Shown here in pieces: positions 25,701 through 39,261 of a stretch of 64,000 nt of DNA. The stretch covers positions 8,372,001-8,436,000 of the forward strand of contig NC_087263.1 in the NCBI RefSeq assembly GCF_037042905.1. Reading direction: 5' to 3'. The position numbers and the translations under genes were made by a program. Below the pieces are notes generated by a model. That model saw nothing but the letters and a program-made list of their open reading frames with translations, made no database searches and was not told the origin of the DNA. How positions within the stretch are numbered: position 1 is the stretch's first letter; each line of letters starts with the position of its first letter. This DNA comes from Lytechinus pictus (Eukaryota).

Positions 25701-26090
25701 GTTATTACAGTGCTAGTAATATTTGTATAAAGTGGCCTTAATTGTGTGGAATCATACACCGTGCAACATCAACAATATTTTCTGACAAAGTAATTATTGG
25801 AAAGGACACACGTGGATGAGCAGGTAGATAGCTGCATTAGGGGATATCACAACTGCTCGTTTGAGGAAGTAGAGACGGATCTAATTCCGGCTTCAAACAT
25901 ACACAGTTCCCGTCGGGAAAATGCTTAACCGGTTGCCAAACCAGTAATTTACCAATACTTTTGGAGAGTTGTATTACTATCTGACTGGCTTCGCCGGGCT
26001 ATGGGAGTTTTTTAAACACGATACGGAGAAAATAGCAGCGTGTAGTGAATTTGAATATTCAGACGGTGCTAAAATTCACGCTTAGGAATT

Positions 26091-26196
26091 ATGAGGGATT
26101 ACTACACAACGTGTGGTTTTAGGAATTCACTTCTAACTCTAATATCTACGTCACAATGGATTATTCTATCGATTCTCTTTCTGATGACCGGACAAG
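26091..26196 (+). CDS. Exon 1, putative signal peptide
   Basis: MRDYYTTCGFRNSLLTLISTSQWIILSILFLMTGQ, donor AG|GTAGGA, phase 1 matches the next exon. Confidence 0.6.
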
Positions 26197-29100
26197 GTAG
26201 GATGCTTAAACGAAATACTATTGTAAATAATTCATTCAAGAAACATCGAGAGAAGATATCGAGAGAGAGAGAGAGAAAATAAATGAAATGATCTACCTGA
26301 CCGCAATTTGTTTGATGAACCATTTAGACATTCCGTCTCAGTCAGTGTTAGTATGCACATTAATTAGTCTTTTTCAGGGGTGTTGCATACTCGCTATTAG
26401 GACTGCTATAGTTAATGTGTGCGTGGATTGGTGGGTTGACGACGAGGTGTGTGCGGGTGCTTATAGAGGGTGCATGTGTGTGTTCGAATTTAGGTGCGAT
26501 GTTTTGTTAAAAGCCCGGGGGCCACTTCCATTGACGAGTGGATACCATGTGCGACCATGGGGTCTCGAAAAGCACCCTAAGCAATTTTCCATTTTCTGAA
26601 AATGCACCCCTTAACAAGTGTTGGCATGTGAAACCCTACCCTTAAGAAGTATTGGAAACAAAACGATACCCTTGGAAAGTATTCCCTGAATTGAACCCCT
26701 ATACAAGTACCAGGCGCGGATCCAGGAGGGGGCCGAGCCGGCCCCGGCCCCCCCCCCCCTATTTTTTGACAACCTGCAGAAAAAAGTGTACTCTTTAACT
26801 TGATAGAAATTATGAAAAACAGAAAGAAAAGTAAGAAAGAGGTAGCATACCCATGATGTGTAATTTACAGCCTCGTAACGGCCGGCCCGACCCCGAAAGG
26901 AAACAAGAAAAAGGTGAGGGAAGAATTGGAAAATAGACTTTATATAAAAATTTTCACTCGCGCTTCGCGCTCGCATTGCCTGTGTAATGAATCCCATTCA
27001 AGAGGATTAAATGGCACTTATATATCCAGTTCTGAAATCAATTTGCACACAATATTTTAGCTCGCACATCAAGCTTTCATTATTTTGTTTGATTTACACA
27101 AATTGTTAGTATATATCAAAATTTTCAGCTCGCGCTGCGCGCTTGCATTGTTTGATTTGTGAGTTACCTATCCTCTTTGGAAATTCCAGCCAAAATTTGT
27201 CAAAATGCTCCTTTATCATGTCAGTATATCAAAAAATTAAGCTCGTACTTCGCGCTTACATTTAATTGTTTGAGATACAATATACGTCCAAAGTCTTTTT
27301 TCCAGACCCGGTTGTTTCAAAAATTGTAATATAAATCCAAAGTCTTTTTTCCAGACCCAGTTGTTTAAAAAATCATAATATAAGTCCAAAGTCTTTTTTT
27401 TCCAGACCCGGTTGTTTAAAAAATTATAATATAAGTCCAAAGTCTTTTTTCCAGACCCGGTTGTTAAAAAAATTATAATATACGTCCAAAGTCTTTTTTC
27501 CAGACCCGGTTGTTTCAAAGTTATAATATACGTCCAAAGTCTTTTTCCAGACCCGGTTAATTCAAAAATTATAATGCAAGTCCAAAGTCTTTCATTCAGA
27601 CCCGGTTGTTTAAAAAATTATAATATACGTCCAAAGTCTTTTTCCAGACCCGGTTGATTCAACAATTATAATGCAAGTCCAAAGTCTTTTATTCAGACCC
27701 GGTTGTTTAAAAAATTATAATATAAGTCCAAAGTCTTTTTTCCACACCTGGTTGTTTCAAAAATTATAATATACGTCCAAAGTCTTTTTTCCAGACCCGG
27801 TTGTTTCAAAAATTGTAATATAAATCCAAAGTCTTTTTTCCAGACCCGGTTGTTTAAAAAATCATAATATAAGTCCAAAGTCTTTTTTTTTCAGACCCGG
27901 TTGTTAAAAAAATTATAATATACGTCCAAAGTCTTTTTTCCAGACCCGGTTGTTTCAAAGTTATAATATACGTCCAAAGTCTTTTTCCAGACCCGGTTAA
28001 TTCAAAAATTATAATGCAAGTCCAAAGTCTTTTATTCAGACCCGGTTGTTTAAAAAATTATAATATAAGTCCAAAGTCTTTTTTCCAGACCCGGTTGATT
28101 CAACAATTATAATATACGTCCAAAGTCTTTTTTCCAGACCCAGTTGTTTCAAAGTTATAATATACGTCCAAAGTCTTTTTCCAGACCCGGTTAATTCAAA
28201 AATTATAATGCAAGTCCAAAGTCTTTTATTCAGACCCGGTTGTTTAAAAAATTATAATATAAGTCCAAAGTCTTTTTTCCAGACCCGGTTGTTTCAAAAA
28301 TTATAATATACGTCCAAAGTCTTTTTTCCAGACCCGGTTGTTTCAAAAATTGTAATATAAATCCAAAGTCTTTTTTCCAGACCCGGTTGTTTAAAAAATC
28401 ATAATATAAGTCCAAAGTCTTTTTTTTTCAGACCCGGTTGTTAAAAAAAATTATAATATACGTCCAAAGTCTTTTTTCCAGACCCGGTTGTTTCAAAGTT
28501 ATAATATACGTCCAAAGTCTTTTTCCAGACCCGGTTAATTCAAAAATTATAATGCAAGTCCAAAGTCTTTTATTCAGACCCGGTTGTTTAAAAAATTATA
28601 ATATAAGTCCAAAGTCTTTTTTCCAGACCCGGTTGATTCAACAATTATAATATACGTCCAAAGTCTTTTTTCCAGACCCGGTTGTTTCAAAGTTATAATA
28701 TACGACCAAAGTCTTTTTCCAGACCCGGTTAATTCAAAAATTATAATGCAAGTCTAAAGTCTTTTATTCAGACCCGGTTGTTTAAAAAATTATAATATAA
28801 GTCCAAAGTCTTTTTTCCAGACCCGGTTGTTTCAAAAATTATAATATACGTCCAAAGTCTTTTTTCCAGACCCGGTTGTTTCAAAAATTGTAATATAAAT
28901 CCAAAGTCTTTTTTCCAGACCCGGTCGTTTAAAAAATCATAATATAAGTCCAAAGTCTTTTTTTTTCAGACCCAGTTGTTTCAAAAATTATAATATAAGT
29001 CCAAAGTCTTTTTTCCAGACCCGGTTGTTTAAAAAATTATAATATACGTCCAAAGTCTTTTTTCCAGACCCGGTTGTTTCAAAAATTATAATATAAGTCC

Positions 29101-31519
29101 AAAGTCTTTTTTCCAGACACGGTTGTTTCAAAAATTATACTATAAGTCCAAAGTCTTTTTCCAGACCCGGTTAATTCAAAAATTATAATGCAAGTCCAAA
29201 GTCTTTTATTCAGACCCGGTTGTTTAAAAAATTATATTATACGTCCAAAGTCTTTTATTCAGACCAGGTTGTTTAAAAAATTATAATATAAGTCCAAAGT
29301 CTTTTTTCCAGACCCGGTTGTTTCAAAAATTATAATATACGTCCAAAGTCTTTTTTCCAGACCCGGTTGTTTCAAAACTTGTAATATAAATCCAAAGTCT
29401 TTTTTCCAGACCCGGTTGTTTAAAATATCATATTATAAGTCCAAAGTCTTTTTTTTTCAGACCCGGTTGTTTCAAAAATTATAATATAAGTCCAAAGTCT
29501 TTTTTTCAGACCCGGTTAATTAAAAAATTATAATGCAAGTCCAAAGTCTTTTTTCCAGACCCGGTTGTTTAAAGAATTTTAATATAAGTCCAAAGTCTTT
29601 TCCCAGACCAGTTTATTTAAAAAATTATAATATAAGTCCATACTAAGATACGATAATAATATTCCAGTCGAATAAAAATGAGAATCGAGCTTAGTCTTTT
29701 CTCCAGACCCAGTTAATTAAAACTAGTGGAATTAATGTCTTTGTTGTTGTTTCAACTTAAACTGCGTATATTGTGAATATATGCGCTAAGAGTAAATTGA
29801 GAATCAAGCGTAGTCTTTTCTCCAGACCCGGTTACTTAAAACTAAGAACTAAACCCTAAAGCAACGCGTTCATATAGCACAAAAGTGCAAAGTCTTTTTT
29901 ACAGACCCGAATAATTTAACAATTACAATATAAGTCGAAAGTCTTTCCTCCAGACCCGGCTATTAAAAAATGAATTAAAAAACTTCAAATCTAAGACCAA
30001 TTTTCCAAAGTTTCACCCAATAAAAAAATATGTCTTTACCCCACGCCCAGTTTTATCAAATAATACTACGACCCCTACAAAACATTGTAATAATGCATGG
30101 GTAAAGCAAACTTCCTTTTCCTAGACTCGGTTATTATTTGAAAAAAATAAAATAGTTTTTACAAGTATTCTAAAATTCTCCAGACACAATTATTTCAAGA
30201 AAAAAAATTAATGAAACCCATGTTTAGAGTGTTGTCTTTATTCCAGACCCAGTAATTTAAAAATGATTTAAACAATCTTCAAAACAAAAGACTTTGTCAT
30301 ATTCTTATTCTTGTGAAATAACATGAATATTATGCTTAGTCTTTCGTCTAGACGCGGTTATTTAAAATATAAACAAATATTGAAAAAAATTCACAGCTAA
30401 GACCAATCTTCAAAATTAAACCCACTTAAAATGCTTGGGCTTAGAGTGTTGTCTTTACCCCTCACCCAGTTCTCTTTAAAATACAAATTAAGCAAAACAT
30501 TAATCTTAAAATTTAGACCCCAGCATCTTCCAAACTATAGAACCCTTGTAATAATGCATACTTTATTTGACCAGACCAGTTTATTAAAAAAAAACAGAGC
30601 AAAAAAAAAATAACCCTCTTTCAGCCTAACATCCTGTAATAAATGATGCAATTAAACATTCATTGTTTTCTTCCAGACAAAGAAATTTATAATAAAAAAA
30701 AAAGCATCAAAACTTAGAGCCCGGGGGGCATTTCATGAAAGGAGTTGTTTGACGTTTTATCCGACACTGGTAGCACTGCTTCTTAGCCAATCAACATCAA
30801 GAACAGTTGTCAGATCTGACAACTTGTCGGACATAAATGTTGATGAAATACTCCCCAAATCATCTTATTCATGTTGAACAGGCACAAGAATATGATTGAG
30901 TCTTAGTTATGAGGATTTTACTTATCTTATTTTTGAAATGACAAGGTCTGGAATAAAGAAAACTCTCTAAAATTTTATTTATTGAAGGTTCTTAGTTGGA
31001 AGGATAGTTGGGCCTTAGATTCTGTTATTCTTTTGTAATGATTTTGGTTATTTTGAAATAATTGGGTCTGGAGGAAAGACTACAACATATTGCCATGTTA
31101 TTCAATGTTGATAAGATTGCAGGGTCTTTGTTTTGTTGTTGTTGTTGTTGTGTTTTAAATTATTTTTATAACTGGGTCTGGAGGAAAGACTACACTATAT
31201 TTCCATGTTTTTCAACATAAAGAGGATCGTGGGTCTTTGTTTGCTTTGTTTTTATTATTACTAATTTATCATTATTATTCATCATTTCTTATTTGAAAGA
31301 TCTGGGTCTGGACGAAAGACTATGCTATATTTCCATGTTATTCAACATAAATAGGATCGTGGGTCTTTGTTTGCTTTTTTTATTATTACTAATTTATTAT
31401 TATTATTTTTCATTTGTTTTTTTAAAGATCTGGGTCTGGACGAAAGACTATGCTATATTTCCATGTTATTCAACATAAATAGGATCGTGGGTCGTTGTTT
31501 GCTTTTTTTATTATTACTA

Positions 31520-31564
<45 letters not shown>

Positions 31565-31671
31565 TTTGTTATTTGAAAGATCTGGGTCTGGAGGAAAGAC
31601 AACGCTATATTTCCATGTTATTCAACATAAATAGGATCGTGGGTCTTTGTTTGCTTTTTTTATTATTACTA

Positions 31672-31709
<38 letters not shown>

Positions 31710-32450
31710 GTTTGTTATTTGAAAGATCTGGGTCTGGAGGAAAGACTGCTATATTTCCATGTTATTTAACATTTTCAAGAGAATTGGGGTCTTTGTTACT
31801 TTTCCACCAGTTTTAATTAACTGGGTCTGGAGAAAATATTAAGCTCGATTCTCATTTTATTCCACTAGAATATCATTATCTTAGTTTTGACTTAGTTTGA
31901 AACTACCGGGTCTGGAAAAAAGACTTTGGACGTATATTAAAATTTTTGAATTAACCGGGTCTGGAAAAAAGACTTTGGACGTATATTATAACTTTGAAAC
32001 AACCTGGTCTGGAAAAAAGACTTTGGACTTTTGTGCTATATGAACGCATTACTATAGGATTTTAGTTTAGAACGGATTCGCCAAAAATCCCTTTAAATTG
32101 ATTACATTTGTGGGTAAAGTCATTATTACATTTGTGGGCGATCAAAAATTATAACATTTGTGGGTAAAGTGCATTATTACATTTGGGGGTGAAATTATTA
32201 CATTTGTGGGTAAAGTGTTATTACATTTGTGGGCGTTATTACATTTGTGGGTAAAGTGTTATTACATTTGTGGGCGTTATTACATTTGTGGGCGATTATT
32301 ACATGTGTGGGTGTAACACCCCCCCTCCTCTTTCTCCCTCAATTTTTGTTTAATTATTTTCTCTACTTTCTTAATTATTTGTTTTTATGTGATCAGAAAT
32401 TGACATACCACCCAGAGTGCTATTGTTAGTAGAAGTAGTAGTAGTAGCAT

Positions 32451-32483
<33 letters not shown>

Positions 32484-35400
32484 TGCATGGTAGTAGTAAG
32501 TAGTAGTAGGTAGTAGTAGTAGTAAGTAGTAGTAGTAGTAGTATTATTCTAGTAGTAGTAGTAACATTACTCAGGGTCCGCGGATCGGTTTTGAAAGTGT
32601 GGGGGGGGGGGACTGACCATGAAAACAATCACAATCGTAGTTATGGTATTTTTTAAAGTTTTGTACACGGTTTGTGGAGAAAGTGGGGAGGGGGATGAAC
32701 CCCCCCCCCCCCCCGGTTCTGCGGCCCTTGTAATTTACATTATAATCATCATCATCAATAGTAAGCTATTATCGTCATCATTATTATCAACATCGTCATC
32801 ATTATCAGCATTACTATTGGTATTACTATCATCCATATTTTTATATTATGGTTTGATATACTGCACATTTGCTTCGATGTAGGGAGTGGTCAGATATGCA
32901 ACACGCCTAATTGGAGAGAATTTGGCAAGAACCAGTACCTTTTCGTGAATGATCCGGGTAGAACATGGAATAATGCTAAGGAATATTGTCGTTCACAGGG
33001 CGGAGACCTCGCAGTTATAACTTCTCATGAACAAAACGTAAGTACTTTTTTAAGCTGTTAACACATCCATGTTTAAGGCAATACGTCGATTTTTTTTATG
33101 TCACTTTGTTTAGATATTCATACAGGATCAGATAACATATACAATAAAACATTTACATCATTGAAACATTTAAACCTAATTTACAAACATAAGTAACAGA
33201 GGAAGTAAAAGTAGTCCACATCCCGGCGCATTACTGCCGAGGCATTTCATCAAAATCGGATGTAAAATAAGAAAGGTATGACATTTTAAATTGGTGCTTT
33301 CAATACGCACATTGTGGTTGGTATGCAAATGAGGGGACTGGTGACATCACCACTTACTGTTTCTTTTGTTTTTCATTTTATGAAATATGAAACACTTTAA
33401 TTTTCTCCACATTTACATGTGAAACATATTTTTATTCATCCCTGAACATGTGGAATTATCATCAGTGAAGTTGGTGATAATTGTCATATCTGAAAAAAAT
33501 AAATATCGTCTGAAATTCAAAACAATCAAAAACAAAATAAATAGTGAGTGAGGGACATCACCGATTCTCTCATTTGCATATCGCTGACTTGTGCACATAA
33601 ATTTTAAGTGAAAAGTAGGCGAAGCCTAAAATGTCAGAACTTTCTTATTTCACACCTGATTTTGATGAAATTTTTATCGTCATGCTTCGGAATTATTTTC
33701 TATTGATTCAAAGACCATTCTTCCGACGTGGACTTAATTTTTTATTTAAACTATACATGAATGTATCACTTTGTCATATTCTTGATATGAAATCGCACTT
33801 TTAAAGGCCACAGGTCAATCAACCTTTGGTATACAAATTATTAAGTTATCATTATGATTAAATAATTTAAGTTCTTGCTCCGGTAAATGAATGTTTACGG
33901 AAAAAACAAATTTCAGAATTCTGTGTAGCAATTTGGCGAACGTCATGTAGCTATACCAGATGGAATTTAAAAAAATCAAAATCAATGAAGGAGGGGATAT
34001 TATTTATTAAGTTGAAAAATGCGACTGTTTTTTTTTCTCGATATTTCGTGTAGAAGCTTTGTGTTACCCACCTAGCGCTGTCTTAAAGCAAACATGATTA
34101 ACCTGACCGACAAATGAGGCCCGGGGGCGCGTTTCCGTTTTACACCCTGGCGAAGGCAATCTCCGCAAAAATAGCTAAAAAGCGACTAGTGAAGTGTCTA
34201 CGTTTGTGTACATTATCAGCTGGGCGCGCGATGTAAAAGTCCGCACCGAAGAAATCTGCAGAACATGTGAATGCATGTTCAACACGAACGTTTGCCTTGA
34301 TCATTTGCCTTTGCCGAATTGCTGGTAATGTGCCCTCTCACTGTCATGGAAGAAGAATAACATATTCCGTCACCATTGTTGGTATGACACTGCATTATTA
34401 TATGAGTAGGATGTAAAATAGACCTTTGTTTATTTCTAGATGAAAGAAAAGCAATCATTATTATAGGGTATAAGTAAAAAAATGTTTGTTGATGCATTAG
34501 TAATGTACGATTAAGATTCTTACAAGTTTGATGAATATGTGTTCAAATAAAATTCAAGTTATGTTTTCAGTTGTTGGCAAGAAATCACTGGTGTAAATCC
34601 GTGTTGAGGGGTGGGGGGGGGATGACTGAAATAGTTTGGCATTTTTTTTTGCCATCATTTTTTTAGATATGCAAGGAATTCTAATTGATATGTCCACAGT
34701 GGCGTACCGTGGGTCACGGCATTGTGGGGGCACCAGCAAAATTTTTGAATCACTGAGTGAGCGCGCGAAGCGCGCTCAGTTGCTAGTTATTCTGACCTAA
34801 TAGAGACATTTTAAGGACAATGTCATTGAACGGATATGTATCTCACTGATCAAATAATGCGAGCGCGAAGCGCGAGCTGATTTTTTTTAAATTCACACCT
34901 AAAAAGGGACATTATAATCAAATTTGTGTAATCATGATAGGTACTTGTCTCGCTAAATAATGCGAGCGCGAAGCGCGAGCTGAAATTTTCGTTTATTTTT
35001 ACCCCAAACAGCGAGATTTTAAGGAATATATTTTAGGAATCCATTAAAAGTATGCATATCTCACCATAGTCATCTAATGCGAGTGCCAAGCGCTTGCTGA
35101 TTTTATTAGAATTACATCTGAACACATGAAACAATTTTTGTAGTCATTGCAATCATGATTATCATACGCATCTCACTAATCAAATATTGCGAGCGTGAAG
35201 CGCGAGCTGAAAATTTAGATAATTCAGACCTGAAGTGGGGCATTCTAAGGTTTCTTTCTAGGAATTAACTAGGACCATACGTATTTCATTAACCAAATGA
35301 TGCGAGCGCGAAGCGCGAGCTGAACATTTTTGATATTCAGATCAGAAGAAGGGACATTTTAAGGACTGATTTTAGGAATTCATGAAGAGCAGACATATCT

Positions 35401-37492
35401 CACCAATCCACTAATGCGAACGTAATCACAGAAGGAAATGTTTTTAAATATACGTAGACTATAACATGGGCAATCACTTTTTTAATCATGTAAAAGAAGC
35501 ATATGTCACTACATAAAACAATGATAACTCAAGTGCTAGGAAATATATTTGGTTTATATTGACTTGAAAACGGGATATTTTAGTACAACAGGATTGTATA
35601 TCTCGTTGAATAGACAATGCGAGCACCAGGAACAATGAAGACGTAGGCCCTGGGCAAATTATGTTTCATGAAGTTATGATAAAAATGTTTCTTATGTAAT
35701 GTAACATAACATAATTATAATATAATATAACATTATAATGAATAATATTTTTTTCTTTCCCACTACGTTTCTCTTCCTTTCTCCCTCTTTTCTATTTTTC
35801 CCCATTTCCCCGTTTTTGTTTTGATCAGCCGATGGGGGGAGCATGTGCCCCCCATGCCCCCCCCCCCCCCCCGTAGTTACGCCACTGTATGTTCATATGG
35901 CAAATACCCCTCCAATATTATTATCTTTTTTACCCCATGATGATTTAATGGTTTTATTAGAGATTACATTTTAAAAAATGTGACATTCCATCTTAATCCC
36001 TTCCCAAAGACCCCAACATTGATGAATTGGAAGAAACGGGGGTTTCTCTTCAATGTTATAATATGGACATAAGTATTTCGTTTGGAAATGGTGAACTGAC
36101 TCTTTATTTGCATTTTATGATTCAATAATATTGTTTTATTTGTTAAGCGGTATTTTAGGAAGAATTTTCACCAATAAAACAATTATGTCTTGTGATTTTT
36201 TTTAAATTTCTTTCGTAAAAAGTGGGGGGATGTTTGTACAGGCCACCCCCCCCCCTCCTCGAAAAGTGGGGGGGATATATCCCCCCATCCCCCCCCCCCC
36301 CCCGGGATTTACGCCAGTGCAAGAAATTCTTATGAATTCATTTTTGTTTTTTGTTTTTTGTTTGATGTAAAGTACTGGAGTTTGAAGATGGTATATTCGG
36401 GGCCTAAAACTTATCAAAACAGTGAATATGAAAAATAGATAAATTTCAGAATCTATTTTCTTTCTTTATGCCTCCAGTCTACACCATTAATTCAATTCAA
36501 TTCAATTTATTTTATTTCATTTTTAACAGAATAAAGTAATGCATGTGGTCAAAATAGTTACAATGAACTTATCATACAGGCAAAATAAATTGAGGCATGT
36601 ACAATATATGATATTTATCTATAACTAAAAGTAGAACAAAACAGAGTATTATGTATAAGCAAAATATCATAACCATTATAAAACAAAATTCTGAGAAAAT
36701 GGAGAGATCCACTAAAAAGCAGTGCTTTTTATCAGGAACACCTGATAACCATGTTATCAGATGTTCCATATGTCTGTCTGTCTTACCGTAAATGTTACTG
36801 CAACAACAGTGATTGGATTTTTTTACCACAGTGAAGTTGCTGGAAACATCATGTTTTCCATCTATTTGTGCACCGTTTGTCTGTTACCAGTTCTCATTAT
36901 CGTGACAACATAGAACAGCTATCAGATATTGATGAAACTGGAACTTCATTATTTGTTATCCGATTTTGATAAAATTTTCAGCATTTTGCTCTGTGAATTT
37001 TACTCTATTTATTAAAATAGAAATATTTTCAACACTTTTTATGATTTTGTTGATTATAAATTGCTACAAGTAGTCTTTACTTTGTTTTCAATCATAATTA
37101 TAATTAGTTGTAGTGGTGATTATTTTAGTAGTATTATTCAATTAGTATTATTAGTAGTCGTCGTCGTGGTAGTAGTAGTAATAGTACAATATAGTCGTTA
37201 ATGTAGTTATATATTATCGATATTATTATTATTTATTATATTATTATAATCATTGTTATCATCATATTTTTATCATGATTAGTAGTAGTAGAAGTAGTAT
37301 ATTTTATTATCATTGGCATCATTTTGAAACTTTTATTAATTATTAATTACATAGTTTGTCAATATTATCATGATTAGGCCCTATACTATTATTATTATTA
37401 TCACTATTATTATTATTGTTGTTAGCGCTATTGTTTTTATGAACAGAATTAGTAGTATAGAAATAGTATAGTAGTAGTAGTAGTAGTAGTAG

Positions 37493-37537
<45 letters not shown>

Positions 37538-39192
37538 AGTAGTAGTAGTTATAGTATATTATTAATTATTTATAAGTATTACATTTTTTTGTTCTTGTTC
37601 TTCTTCGCCTTCGACCTTCTTCTTCCAAGTTATCATCATCATCAATATTATTATAATTATTTATTATAAGTAGTACTACTAGTAGTAGTAGTAGTAGTAG
37701 ACACACTGGCGTAAATCCCGGGGGGATGGGGGGGATATATTTCCCCCCCCCCCCCACTTTTCGAGGAGGGGGGGATGGCCTGTACAAACATCCCCCCACT
37801 TTTTACGAAAGAAATGAAAAAAAAATCACAAAAGATAATTGTTTTATTGGTGAAAATTCTTCCAAAAATACCGCTTAACAAATAAAATAATATTATTGAA
37901 TCATAAAATGCAAATAAAGAGCCAGTTCACCAATTCCAAACGAAATACTTATGTCCTTATTATAACATTGAAGAGAAACCCCCGTTTCTTCCAATTCATC
38001 AATGTTGGGGTCTTTGGGAAGGGATTAGGATGGAATGTCAAAAAATTTTGAATGTATAATCTCTAATAAAACCATTAAACCATTATGGGGTAAAAAAGAT
38101 AATAATACTGGAGGGGTATTTGCCATATGGACATACAGTGGCGTAACTACGGGGGACATGGGGGGCACACCCTCCCCCCCCCCCCCCCCCCCCTCTATCG
38201 GCTGACCACAAAAAAAACGGGGAAAGGGGGAAAGGAGAAAAGAGGGAGAAAGGAAGAGAAACGTAGTGGGAAAAAAGAAAATATTATTAATTATAATGTT
38301 ATATTATATTATAATTATGTTAAGTTACATTACATAAGAAACATTTTTATCATAACTTTATGAAACATAATTTGCCCAGGGCCTACGTCTTCATCGTTCC
38401 TGGTGCTCGCATTGTCTGTTTAACGAGATATATAATCCTGTTGTACTAAAACATCCCGTTTGCAAGTCAATATAAACCAAATATATTTCCTAGCACTTGA
38501 GTTATCATTGTTTTATGTAGTGACATATGCTTCTTTTTCATGACTCAAAAGTGATTGCCCCATGTTAAGGTCTTTGTATATATGAAACATTTCCTGTCCG
38601 TGATTACGTTCGCATTAGTGGATTGGTGAGATATGTCTGCTCTTCATGAATTCCTAAAATCAGTCCTTAAAATGTCCCTTCTTCTGATCTGAATATCAAA
38701 AACTTTCAACTCGCGCTCCGCGCTCGCATCATTTGGTTAATGAAATACGTATGGTCCTAGTTAATTCCTAGAAATAAACAACCTTAGAATGCCCCACTTC
38801 AGGTCTGAATTATCTAAATTTTCAGCTCGCGCTTCGCGCTCGCATTGTTAAGCGAGACAGGTACTTATCATGATTACACAAATTTGATTATAATGTCCCT
38901 TTTTAGGTGTGAATATAAAAAAATTTCAGTTCGCGCTCGCATTATTTGATCAGTGAGATACATATCCGTTTAATGACATTGTCCTCATGTCTCTATTAGG
39001 TCACTCACTCAGTCATTCAAAAATTTTGCTGGTGCCCCGCCCCAATGTCGTGACCCACGGTACGCCACTGTGGACATATCAATGACAATTCCTTGCATAT
39101 CTAAAAACATGATTGCAAAAAAAATGCCAAAATATTTCAGTCATCCCCCCCCCACCCATCAACACGGATTTACGCCAGTGGTAGTAGTAGTG

Positions 39193-39261
<69 letters not shown>

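Noticed and set aside
27237..28953. Repeated minus-strand ORFs (MDLYYDFLNNRVWKK...)
   Set aside because: Translations of the satellite
27278..29640. CRISPR-like array
   Set aside because: Contiguous tandem monomers with no unique spacers, no cas genes, eukaryotic context
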